From Malacoraja senta (Eukaryota): 64,000 bases of DNA. Shown piece by piece: positions 1 through 11,257 of the stretch. Below the pieces are notes generated by a model, which ran no database searches, was not told the origin of the DNA, and saw nothing but the letters and a program-made list of their open reading frames with translations. The translations under genes were made by a program, and so were the position numbers. How positions within the stretch are numbered: position 1 is the stretch's first letter; each line of letters begins with the position of its first letter. The stretch covers positions 25,856,001 to 25,920,000 of the forward strand of contig CM075988.1 in assembly GCA_038087875.1 (NCBI GenBank), in the 5' to 3' direction.

Positions 1-276
1 TACATCAGTGTCCACTCATCTGCCTGAAGCACAAGTAAGGACTGGCCTTGTCCACAATCTGGAGATCATCTACTGACTGGCTGCCACTATCAACACCACC
101 CCTCTGTTAGTAAATGGCTCGATTGTAATCATGCTGGCTGGTTAGCACGCAACAAAAGCTTATCACTGTACCTCGGTACATGTGAGAATAAGCTAAACTG
201 AACATTGTGTGTTTCAGAACATCTCCAGACTACTTCACTTTTAACCAGACTGTTAATATGAAGGAGCTATTTATCC

Positions 277-408
277 ATGGTGTCATTTGTCAATAAAAAG
301 TTTTCTTTCTCCATTAGAAGTCTCTCCTGTTCTGGGAGGCAGGATCGCTGCAGCATCTCCGGTGTTGTCTCCATCAATGCAAGGCCCTCAGCACCAGCCC
401 TGGTCGAG
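277..408 (+). CDS. NLRX1: Candidate first coding exon of NLRX1 (possible mitochondrial presequence)
   Basis: Acceptor tgtgtgtttcag ends at 217. ATG 277 gives MVSFVNKKFSFSIRSLSCSGR..., basic and Ser-rich, compatible with the known N-terminal mitochondrial targeting of NLRX1. Possible donor gag|gtagga at 408. Linking exon(s) to 2451 were not resolved. Confidence 0.3.
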
Positions 409-476
409 GTAGGACTGCTCGCAAGACCTGAGAGCGTTGCTGTTTCTTGCGAGGAGTGAAGCTGCCTTGGGGCTCC

Positions 477-592
477 TGCTCCTGGGCTCTGGGCCCTTGC
501 TCCTGGGCTCTGGGCCCTTGCTCCTGGGCTCTGGGCCCTTGCTCCTGTGCTCTGGGCCCTTGCTCCTGGGCTCTGGGCCCTTGCTCCTGTGC
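477..592. repeat. 21-bp minisatellite (tgctcctgggctctgggccct) x ~5.5
   Basis: Directly visible tandem units starting at 477, 498, 519, 540, 561, with a partial unit at 582. Confidence 0.95.
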
Positions 593-1467
593 AAATTTGG
601 GGATCCATTGCAGGCAGAGCATGTAAGCTTTATTGATGTGTACAATGTACATTTAACATGTGCACCAGGCCAAGAAAGAATGAACAGAAAGGTCCTATAC
701 CTTTTCACGGAGACCATTAACCACGAGACAGAGATTTAGGTTAAATGATAGAAGGATTAAGAGAGAAGTTGAAAGGATTTTGGTCTAACGAGTGGTGGGT
801 GTCCACAATAATATGCAAGCCTATGGTACAGAGAGTTGCAACATAGGAGGAAGCTAACTGGCCTTTTTTTAGCTCAAGTGGGCACGTTGGACCCAGTGAC
901 TTCCTTCCTGTGCTGCAAATATCTAGGATTTCATGTGATTCTGATTCTGGGATTTTGCCATGGACGAGCGGTTACAATTATAAAGGCAGCTAAGAAGTTA
1001 AAAGGAAATATGAGGCAGGGTTTGATAGATTCCAATCAGAAGAGTAAATTATTGTTGTTTTAATATCCGTTCAATTATGTCCTGGGTCCATTTGCGGGTA
1101 ATTTTATGTCCTTCCTGCATTTATTTACTCCTCGATTATACGCTCACAGCTGAGCCAGTGACCTCTAATGTTTGAAATATTCCTTTGGCTCTCCTTGAAG
1201 TCTGGAATGGAAATTTCCCCGCTGTTCTTTTATTTATAGTTTCCATTCTTGAATCGCTGTCGAGGACAAGCATGTTGCTTCGCTGCTTTATCTGGCAGCT
1301 TCACTCCAGACTCCCAGAACCAGACACTGCAAAGTGGATTGCTTTTGTTCTTCCTAGTTGAGACTTGTGATCTGCCCGAGACTGGAAGTGGAGGATTCAA
1401 ATCCCAGGCTAGGGAGTTGAGGAAACTATGCAAGCTGAATGTTGCAACGCAGAGCTGAAAGTGTGCA

Positions 1468-1745
1468 GCACTTTTGTCTTTAGAGATACAGCACAGAAAC
1501 AGGCCCTTCGGCTTACCGAGTCCGTGCCAACCAGCGATCCCCATACATTAGCACTATCCTACACACTAGGGACAATTTACAATTTTACAGAAGCCAATTA
1601 ACCTACAAACCCGCACGTCTTCGGAGTGTGGGGGGAAACCAGAGCACCCAGAGAATACCCACGCGGTCACAAGGAGAACATACAGACTCCGTACAGACAG
1701 CACCCATAGTCAGGATCGAATCCCAGATCTCTGGCGCTGTCGGGC
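1468..1745 (-). mobile_element. HE1/V-SINE-like tRNA-derived SINE
   Basis: Reverse complement of the SINE body at 8126 and 18890. Confidence 0.8.
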
Positions 1746-2450
1746 ACAAATAGTTTCCCCTAATAGTCATAACCCCAAGGTCTCATTTGTTGGTAAAAGA
1801 TCTTGTAGGCTGTCAGTGACGCTGATGTGGGCTGTTGTATTTCTAGAAAACAGTCCGTATCGCGATTTGCCGTAACCCCAGGCTACACATGCATCAAGAA
1901 CCGTGGTGAAAAAATAAATATTGTATAGTTATTTACTTTGCACATAAATTTCATGAAAGCAAATTTTAATCAAATATTTGGGTAGTGATTAGTGAATTTT
2001 ACAAGGGCAAATTTCCTTAACCTGAATAGCTGTAATGCAGGGGTTGCTTATATTTTAACAAAGTTCAAAAGGTTTGCTTATGGCGCTGACATAAATGTAA
2101 CCTTCAACCAAGATCAGCAAAATAAGTTATCTGTTCATGAAGCTTGGTGTCGGTGCTTCCAAGGTGCATGTTGTATCTCCAGCATCAAAACTGTAACAAT
2201 GAGAAAGTCAAAGTCAATTTTATTTGTCACATGCACTCGAAGGAATATCTCACTGGCTGCAAAATGCTGTTGGATTGTGAAAGGGAATTTGAGGGGAGAG
2301 GACACATGAACAGGTTTGTGTAGGAAGGAACTGCAGATGCTGGTTTACACCAAAGATAGACACAAAATGCTGGAGTAACATGATGTGTTTGGTGTGGGCA
2401 CTGTTCGATGTTGAGATTTTAACGAAGCCAATTTCTCTCTGTTTCAGCAG

Positions 2451-4458
2451 ATCCAATTGAAGAGCACAGGAAGAGGCTGAAGGCTTGGTTTGGTGACATG
2501 TCCATTGAGGAGAAGCAGTTTGGATTGTTTTCTGTGGGAAACTGGCATGGGGAGCCAGTGATCGCTGAGAGCTCTCCTGAAGAGAACCGGGATCTCACGA
2601 CAAAATTCGGAATCTACAGCCACATTGACCCTCAAGAATCCAAGATCATAAAGCTTGATGAAGTGTTCACCACTCGGTCCGTTGAGCCTCCTGTGAAGAA
2701 TGTGGTTTTGTTTGGGATAGTGGGAATGGGCAAAGACCTGGTGGTTCAGAGACTTGTCCTGGACTGGTGCGATGGGCGCTTCAATCAGTTTGATCTAATC
2801 CTCCCCTTCTCCTGTGAAGATTTGTCATCTCAGAGTCAGTCCATTTCTCTCAATAGGTTAATCTGTCAAAAGTATACCCAGCTGAAAACGATAGTGCCTC
2901 AAATTGGGTCGGGAAAAGTCGGGAACATCCTCTTCATTTTCAATGGACTGGAGCAGTTGAAACTTGACTTCCGGCTCTTGAAGAACAGACTGTGCAATGA
3001 TCCAAATGAGCCGCTGCCACCCGACAACTTGGTGGTCAACCTGGTCCGCAAGTACATGCTCCCGGACGCCAACATCCTGGTCACCATGCGGCCCTCAGCC
3101 TTGGATTCCATCCCTGCCGAGTATGTGGACCGCTACACCCGCAGCTGTGGCTTCAGTGACGTTGAGCAGCAGTATCTGTACTTCAGGAACCGCCTGCAAG
3201 TGTCGGAGGACAATCAAACCAACGAAGACTTGATGAAGATGCTGTATAAGAATCTGCTGAGACAAAAGCAGCTCACAGCAGGCTGCTTTTTGCCATCGTA
3301 CTGCTGGCTCATCTGCGCCACACTGCACTTCCTCCACTTCCCCACTGCAAACATGCCCATCCGGACGCTGACTGGCCTTTACACAAACTTCCTACGGTTA
3401 CACTTTGCTGCTGGGTATTTGGATTTCGGCAGTCAACAAAACATCTCAATTGTGCGATACATTGCCAAGACGGTTGGCAAGCTCGCTTACGAGGGGATAG
3501 AAGGAAAGAAGGTGCTCTTCAGTGAAGAGGACCTGGAAAGATCCTTTGGATTGGATGGCATGACAGAGGAAGAGTTGAACCAGGTAACTGATTTTCAGAT
3601 TGATATGCTGGGCTTTTTCATGTCTCCCATTGCTCAGCAAAGCAGCGACCCTCTCCTCCGGTTCACCATCCCCGCGATGCAGGAGTACTTGGCCGCCCTG
3701 TACGTTGTCTTGGGTGAGAAGAAATCTATCCTGGAGCAAGTTGGAAGTACCATATCCGCCACCATTGGTAAAGCAAGTGAGGACGTGACGGCTGTCTTGT
3801 CCGTTGTCTCGAAACTGCTGCCGTTCAGAATTCTAGCATTCGTGAGGCTCATCAATATCTTCCCGCGGATCTTCAGAAAAATCAGCGGGAAGAGCAAGAA
3901 GGCCATTGCCAACACCATGGTCTCTGAAATGTTCAGGGAAGAGGATGAGTTCAACAAGGATGTTTTGGAGCAGATCAATGCTCGCATCCTCGGCAGAGAG
4001 AGAGAAGGTGTTGGGGAGGTGATCGGGGAAAGAATAGACGCTCAGAGCTTTGAACTCTTCCCAACGTTCATGGCCGGGTTACTGGCCCCGGAGAACCGCT
4101 CCCTTCTAGAACAGCTTAACTGTACAATAAAGAACGTAACTGTGCGTGAAATAGCCAGCCACTTGAAGATGCATCTCAGCAACACTGTCAGTAGGAAGTT
4201 GGCTCCGTCAGAGCTCATGGACCTCCAGCTCTTCCTGTATGAGCTACAGAATGATGCTTTAGCTGGAGAGATCAGTAGAACCTTAAAGAGCTTAAATTTG
4301 TCTCAAGTTAAGATGACTTTATTGAAGAGCTTTGTGATTACATCAGTCATGAGTACATCGAACCATCCAATCGAGATGATGAACTTCAGTTTGTGCAACT
4401 TAACTGGCGACTACATAAAAATCCTCCAGCCCATTCTGCTCAGATGCAAGGATTTAAA
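2451..4458 (+). CDS. NLRX1: NLR family member X1, large exon (NACHT, HD1/WH/HD2, start of LRR)
   Basis: Acceptor gtttcagcag (tandem AG, 2448 is an alternative start); donor aa|gtaagt. Translation DPIEEHRKRLKAWF..EEKQFG, LDWCDGRF..LPFSCEDLSS, NLVRKYMLP, CGFSD, FTIPAMQEYLAALYVVLG, FELFPTFMAGLL matches human NLRX1 as I recall it. Confidence 0.95.
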
Positions 4459-4621
4459 GTAAGTCTTCCGATTCTGCAATCGAAATGCTGTTGTTTACAG
4501 CCAAGTGAAAGCTGCACCCAGTGCAGAGCTGATGAAACGTCGACAACATGAAAAGTCAACCCTTTTTCTTGAAAGATTCTATTAGAACAGAGTACTTTCA
4601 TCATTATCCGTGCTCTTTAAT

Positions 4622-4675
4622 GGGGTGGGAGATTGCAACCTTCACCTGGTCCGCCCTGTTTCGATGAATGCAATC
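4622..4675 (+). ncRNA. HDV/CPEB3-like self-cleaving ribozyme fold (catalytic C replaced by T in this copy)
   Basis: P1 GGGGTGG/CCGCCCT with G1.U wobble; P2 GATTGCA/TGCAATC; P3 ACC/GGT; L3 TTCACCT; GT after P1; minimal P4 around TTCG; J4/2 TGAA. Confidence 0.8.
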
Positions 4676-4764
4676 AACCCGGCGTGCACAATCAAATAAG
4701 ATCCAATAGAACAAGTTGTCCGACAACTTTAGGCTGTGCTCACCATACGCAAGAAGAAGAAAAA
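4622..4764 (+). mobile_element. Short non-autonomous non-LTR retroelement with 5' HDV-like ribozyme and (AAG)n tail, copy 1
   Basis: TSD gtgctctttaat(g) at 4610-4622 and 4765-4777; aagaagaagaaaaa tail; near-identical second copy at 41230-41367. Confidence 0.88.
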
Positions 4765-5009
4765 GTGCTCTTTAATGCAGAGCTGCAAGTTCACAGTCGT
4801 GCTGAGAAGTCTCAATATGGGCTTCTTGACCAAACCATCTGCCCAACACTGGCTTAGCTCCATTCTCTTTAACAGTGGGTTTGGTACAAGTGTGGGTCAA
4901 ACCTGTGGAGCCGGATGCTCAACATCTTCAGGATACTTCTCATGGACCACAAACTCTCCTCCTCTTTCCCTCTCCAAACTGTTGACAACCTTTGTGGTTT
5001 TTCATAAGA

Positions 5010-5225
5010 ATTAGGCCATTCAGCCCATCAAGACTTCTCCGCCATTCAATCATGGCTGATCTATCTTTCCCCCTCAACCCCATTCTCCTGCCTTCTCCCC
5101 ATAACCTCTGACACCACTACTAATCAACAACCTATCAATCTCCACACTAAAAATATAATTTGACTTGGCCCCCACAGCCTTTCTGTGGCGATGAATTCCA
5201 CAGATTCACCACCCTCTGGCTAAAG
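5010..5225 (-). mobile_element. CR1 LINE 3' fragment
   Basis: Same 3'UTR/ORF2 end as the other CR1 pieces (gaattccacagattcaccaccctctg ... aattaggccattcagccc). Confidence 0.75.
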
Positions 5226-5301
5226 ATGGTTTTGGTCATTTTTGATTGTTGAGTATTGCCATTTATTTTCTAAATTAAAATGTTTCTGCTTTTTATTGCA
5301 G

Positions 5302-5388
5302 CTTACAGTTCAACAATTTAGGACTTGATGCCTGGGGGGAGATTGGCAATCTGCTACTGGATCCAAATTGTGCAATTGAAAAGCTATG
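5302..5388 (+). CDS. NLRX1: NLRX1 LRR exon (87 nt)
   Basis: ttttattgcag| ... tg|gtaaga, phase 2/2; encodes (N)LQFNNLGLDAWGEIGNLLLDPNCAIEKL(W). Confidence 0.93.
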
Positions 5389-5732
5389 GTAAGACCAGGT
5401 CTTGGTTAATGATAAATCTTACTCATTTGCCTTCCGTGATCTAAGGTTTTGGTTTAAAAGGCTGAGTTGTTTTTCTGCACTTTGTACGTAGCAACGTACG
5501 TCATCTACCCAAATGCACTGTGGCTGTAGTCAAGGTATGCAAATAGTGGCCACACAAAGGGCACCAACAAAGTTACAAAGAATCCTGTGTCGGGTATGAT
5601 TGGTCATTGGACTGTTAAATAGTTGACTGACCATTGTCTGTAAGTGTAAAGAGAATTACATGTCTTCATTGAAAAACGAATCCATTCAGATTTATTCTGG
5701 GCTATAATTTGTGATCCTTGTTTAACCCTCAG

Positions 5733-5984
5733 GCTTTGTCACAATGTGTTGTCCGAGGCTGCGATTAACTGCATTGGACCCTCCATCACTCAGAACCGCT
5801 CCATTTCTCACTTGTCCCTCCTTCATACATCACTTGGAGATGATGGTCTGGGGACCCTCGTCCCATACCTCAGGGATAACACCAGTCTACAGGAGATTAA
5901 CCTCGCCAGTAATCACATTACTGATGCTGCTGCAACAGACCTTGTGGAGATGGTCAAAGAACATCCAACGCTGGAAAAGCTCCA
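5733..5984 (+). CDS. NLRX1: NLRX1 LRR exon (252 nt)
   Basis: aaccctcag| ... ca|gtgagt, phase 2/2; encodes LCHNVLSEAAIN...HLSLLHTSLGDDGL...LQEINLASNHITD...HPTLEKL. Confidence 0.93.
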
Positions 5985-6774
5985 GTGAGTAGTGGCGATG
6001 TTTTCACATTCGATTCACCATTTATCTTTGGACAAACCAAGAATAATACAGCTGAGTTGGAGGCCGTTTGGCCCGTTATGCCCCTGCCTGCTCCTTCAAA
6101 GAGCTACTAAATTGGTCACACTCATCTCTTTTGAAATGTAAAAATAATTTAAATTCCTTTCCAAATCCCAGTAATTTTCTTTCCCCATGATATCACTGCT
6201 GAATTAGTTTTCACTGCCCTTTCAAACCGCCCACTTCAGATCATAGAAACAAAAGGCTGGAGTACTGCAGCAGGACAGGCAGCATCTCTGGAGAGAAGGA
6301 ATGGGTGACGTTTCAGGTTGACACTTCTTCAGACTGGGCCTGTCTGAAGAAGGGTCTCGACCCGAAATATTCAGATATGGCTGTGCCCTCTTTGCAGTTA
6401 CATTGTCCAGTGGTATATGTGGCTAACAGGTTGGTTTTCTGGCCATCACCATTGATGCTGCAAAATGAGCCATGAATAATTCTAACAGCTATAAAACCTT
6501 CTAAAACCTCTGCAATCTTTTAACCTTCCAATTCTGGCATCATAACACTTGGCCCAGCATCGGTAGCTACATCTTCCTGTTCCTACAAGTTTGACCCAAA
6601 CTCCTCTATTCCTTGACCACTGTCCATAGCTTTTGATCCTCTCACATATCTCAGAGTCTGTTTTCTTCTTGTGAAATGTCTTGGGCTGGTTTGCTGTGTT
6701 CTAGTTTTGGTTATTCAACAAGTCAACACCACTTATTGTCCTGAATAAGTGGCATCATTAATGCTACTTAAAAT

Positions 6775-6958
6775 TAACTCTTGATGTATTCAAGAGAGAG
6801 TTGGATTTAGTTCTTGGGGCTAACGGAATCAAGGGTTATGGGTAGAAGGCAGGAACGGGGTACTGATTGTGGATGATCAGCCACGATCAAATTGAATGGC
6901 GGTGCTGGCTCGAAGGGCCGAATGGCCTACTCCTGCACCTATTGTCTATGTTTCTATG
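6775..6958 (+). mobile_element. CR1 LINE 3' fragment
   Basis: ttcaagagagagttggatttag...gaagggccgaatggcctactcctgcacct...tctatgtttctatg tail. Confidence 0.75.
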
Positions 6959-6987
6959 AATAACCTTGTTCCATTCTGTTTCCTTAG

Positions 6988-7306
6988 CCTTTACTTGAAT
7001 GAGATCAGCGACAGTGGAAAGCAGAAGTTGCAGGGCCTCAAACAGGCTGGGGAAGGAGCGAATGTCCTGGTTTCTATCACGGAAGGGTCGAACGACTCAA
7101 TGCACTGGACACTGATCCTGAAGAACACAGCGTGGCACGCCGTGAACCAGGACAAGCAGAGTGCCGCTGATTACCTGAAGCTCCTGCAGAACGACCTCCA
7201 CTACAGCTGGCAACGAACTGCCAACCCCTGGAAAAAGCTGAGAATCTGGCAGGCTCAAAAACAGTTTGAATACTTGGTGAAACAAGTCCAACAGCAAAGG
7301 AAATAG
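6988..7306 (+). CDS. NLRX1: NLRX1 last coding exon (LRRCT helical region)
   Basis: ttccttag| then (H)LYLNEISDSG...VSITEG...HWTLIL...LLQNDL...NPWKK...; TAG at 7304-7306. Confidence 0.93.
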
Positions 7307-8125
7307 CCTGGGGTTCGAGCAGCACTCGCACCTCGTTGTTTTTGCAGAGAGAGGATCACATTGTGGTGAACAAGCTATCTGCCATCCTATCCATCTGCCA
7401 TCCCTAATTGGGCAAAGATGGATTGGGAAAGGAAAGTGCTTACCTGAGGGTTGTAGTTGATCAGAATTCTGATGAGTCGTCAATGGTGCTGCAAAGTCCC
7501 CCTCACGTGGTGTACATGGCAGGAGTTAGGGTCTGTAGGGGAGGGGGTGGAATTGGAGGCACGGTGGAACTCATTAGAGGACATCTCTCCATGCTCTGAT
7601 GCCTAGTGTGAGTGGGAGCATTTGACAATGGAACCATCAAGGGATTAGGTTACAGAGGCTGATTTTCAACAGCACGCCTGGACGCAGAATCTAGAGTTGC
7701 AAGGGACTGCAGATGTAGGAACCTTGAGCCCAAAACCAACTGCTGAAGGAATTCTGTCTGACCCACTAAACTCTTCCAAATTTTTTTATGTTTTATCAAA
7801 TTTAAGAAAGGAAATATATGGTAGTTTCTAAAACTAGTTGAAATGCTAAAAAATATTTTCCGTCCCTCCTGCTCGCCCTCTGTTAAAAGGTTGTCGACTC
7901 TCCGAGTATTCTTCAATCTTCAGGAATTTAATTGAATTCCTGGGAAGTTGCTGAATGAGTCTTGGGGGTAAAATCATTGGACTACATTTGTTTATGTGTG
8001 TGTGTTTGTAGTTTGTAATTTAAAATATTATATTGGAGAACGTGAGGATGATAATTGTATAAAACAGCCAATAGTAAGGCTGAGTGACTTGTAATAACAC
8101 GTCCAGGAACACATTCACCCAGAGC

Positions 8126-8385
8126 AGGCACGGTGGCGCAGCGGTAGAGTTGCTGCCTTACAACACTTGCAGCGTCGGAGACCCGGGTTCGATCCCGACT
8201 ACGGGTGCTGTCTGTACGGATTTTGTACGTTCTCCCCGTGACCTGCGTGGGTTTTCTCCGAGATCTTTGGTTTCCTCCTACTCCAAAGACGTACAGGTTT
8301 GCAGGTTAAGTGGCTTGGTATATGTAAAAATTGTCCCTAGTGTATGTTGGATTGTGTTAACATCTGGGGATCGCTGGTCGCCCAG
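8126..8385 (+). mobile_element. HE1/V-SINE-like tRNA-derived SINE
   Basis: A-box-like ggtggcgcagcggtag and B-box-like ggttcgatccc, followed by central domain ctgtacggattttgtacgttctccccgtgacctgcgtgggttt. Confidence 0.85.
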
Positions 8386-8635
8386 CATTTACAAGATCTC
8401 AGCCCTTGTGGTTGCCCCAGCTGTGTCCTCCGCTGGTGATGACTCGAGTTCCACGGAGTTACTGCTCAGGAAATATCTCCACACTCTTCCTTCTTTAATT
8501 GATTCTTTCCTCGTAATTCACAGGACAGGATTGAAACAAAATCAAAAGATGAAGGAGGTAAACATGGATTAGTGTCACAATTCGTAACAGGGCATATTCC
8601 TCTTGGGATTCTATGTCCAGGTAGTTTAGTTTGGG

Positions 8636-8860
8636 AAGATAGACACAAAATGCTGGGGTAACTCAGCGGGGCAGGCAGCATCTCTGGAGAAAGGGAATGG
8701 GTGACGTTTCAGGTCGAGACCCTCTTCAGTCTGAAGAAGGGTCTCAACCCGAAATGTCACTCATTCCTTCTCTCCAGAGATGATGCCTGTCCCGCTGAGT
8801 TACCCCAGCATTTTGTGTGTATCTTAGATTGAAACCAGCATCTGCAGTTCCCTCCTACAC
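8636..8860. mobile_element. Fold-back Penelope-derived element with hammerhead cores on both strands
   Basis: ~95-bp inverted arms centred at ~8730; 13-bp TSD agtttagtttggg at 8623-8635 and 8861-8873. Confidence 0.8.
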
Positions 8861-11257
8861 AGTTTAGTTTGGGTTTGTTTCCTCACTCTTAACGTTTGAG
8901 CATTGTGCCAAAGTTGCATACCTCTTGGCAATGGATGATCCCTAGTCTTTCCCCAAGTGAGGGTACATTCTCTCTTTCTCCACCCCCCCCCCCCCCCCGA
9001 CTCCTTCTTCATAACCAGGCTTGGTGCAGGGGAGAATCATATTTCTGTCCAAACCCAGCAGATATCTAAATAGAGTAGCAAGGAACTACAGATGCGGGTC
9101 TGCAGAAGGTCCCAACCCATAACGCTACCCATCCATGTTCTCCAGAGATGCTGCCCAACCCGTTGACCCCTGCAGCACTTTCTCTTCAGCAGCCTAAATA
9201 GATTCGAACATCCCTATAAGAATGAGATTCCTCAGTCAGAGCTGGTTTCTGGAGCCATCCTGAACTGTGTGGCTATTTATTTGTTGGCTAGATGTGGCGT
9301 GATACGTGAGATGAATCTATGCTTTCCATCGGGTTTTTGAAGAATAGATAATCTTATCAACTCCATATTGCAGCTACAGTTCATTTGGCAGACAACTGCA
9401 ATATGTGGAATGGTATCTAGACAGCAATAATCACATTTACCGAGCACTGTGAATTTGCACTAGGATTTTCTAACCGTCCTTGGTGTTAACGTAACAAGAA
9501 AGCAGAACACTTTAAACCAAAGATCATAGTATCTTTGCTTTAACCTACTGCCCACGGCAGGTGAGACAGCAACAGTGGAGAGAACACTTGTATGTGGCCA
9601 ATGATGCCCCCTGGTGCTAGAAACCTAAAACTTGCATGTAATTTGATTTTGAAAGTAAATGTGCTCTTTCACCTCACATCTATCTGGCCATTACTCCTTC
9701 CCTCAACATCTGTACACTTGTACAATCCAAAGCCTTAGTCGATTTTGTGTTGTAATGTGTAACTATCGAACAAATCTTCCTGCAGGGTTTATAATCCCAG
9801 AGTTAATTGAATGTAATCACTGTTGCTGCTGCTGTCTTAAAGAATGTAACATTTACTGCCCTCTGGGTCTTTGTCCAGTATTTCCCCACCCTCTCCAGTG
9901 GTGAAAAACCCACTGCATCCTGCCCAAGTTATCCATCACTGGCTCACTGAGTGTCACAGCTTGGTTACTGTCCACCCTCTAGGGTGTTCAGTCAAGGTGA
10001 TGCTGCTGCTGGCAGAGTGGACCATTCCTGGACCTATGTGGCCTGCCAAAGAATCTGGATACAGGACTTTAAATCTCCTCTTGGCTGTTAGGAATATCTC
10101 ATTGAGGTAATTAAATAATTTTGGAGTTGACGAGCTGATATCACGAATCTACCAGACTGTTGGAAACTCCCTTGTTATGTAATACCCTTGGGAACAAGAA
10201 TCTGGTTTATTACCTGGTCTGGACTTTCTGTGTCTCTCGACCACCAATGTTAGAGATTACTAACTGTCCTATGAAATGGCCAAGTAAGGCATTGTTCAAG
10301 GGCATTTAGAAATGGGCCATAAATGCAATGCTGCCGTCAGTAACAATGCCCACATCTCACCAATGAATTAATGAAGACGAGTTTGGTAAATGTGGATACG
10401 TTCCTCCAATTCCGTAGAAACAAATTCTCTGTATTTCGATTTGCTGACAGTGGCTGATGGAATCCACCTTGGGTTAGTGCGGGTGAGCAAATTCACAGGA
10501 ATAAGCCATTCAGCCCATCTGACAACTTAACTTCCAACGTTAGATTCTCACTCCAGCTTTCTTCCCTCTTCAACCTGCAGATTTGCCCTGTCAAGGTGCA
10601 TAACAAGCTGTCTTCAAAAGTTACTTGTAAATACGATTGCATCTCTCTTTCACATCATGTGTCGAAAATGTTAACCTCTGGTTGTAATATAACCTAATAT
10701 TAATTTACAGTTTAGTTTATTGTCACGTGTAGCGAGATACAGTGAAAAGCTCTCCAGCCGCCGACCTACTTGCTAGAGAAAACAGTTTGAGAGTCTGTTT
10801 AGTTTCTCTTTGACGTGTTCTGCTTCCTGTTGAACAATTTCCATTCCCCCATTCTCCTTGTGCAACTGAAATCCTTGGAGTTAATCCTGGTAAATCACCC
10901 AAACTTTCTACATGACACTGGAGGTCACCACTGAACACTCAGCTCCAAGAAACCTTCACCTCCAAAAAGAGACACAGAGTGCTGGAGTAACTCAGCGGGT
11001 CAGGCAGCATCTCTGGAGAACATGGATAGGTGACGTTTGGTGATGACCCATCTGAAGAAGGACCCTGGTCTGAAATGTCACCAAACCATGCTCTGTCTGA
11101 CCTGCTGAGTTAAACCAGCATCTGCAGTTCCTTTAACACATCTCTTTCCACTTTCCAAATGAAAGTGCAATTTATTAAATACTTTCTGAAACTCAACGCA
11201 TCATATCTCCACTGCCTTAATCAATCTCTATTACTTGTTCAACTAATATGACTTATT

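Noticed and set aside
267..739. ORFs with GARAQSP, QEQGPRA or LLLGSGP repeats
   Set aside because: By-products of the 21-bp minisatellite, open in several frames on both strands.
1847..1905. Possible small NLRX1 5' exon
   Set aside because: Weak donor (gtgaaa), no recognisable homology, and the phase could not be reconciled with the 277-408 candidate.
2498..2500. ATG as the NLRX1 start codon
   Set aside because: Homology continues upstream to the splice acceptor at 2450, so this Met is internal.
8126..8200. tRNA gene
   Set aside because: The tRNA-like head continues into a SINE body that is repeated many times in the window.
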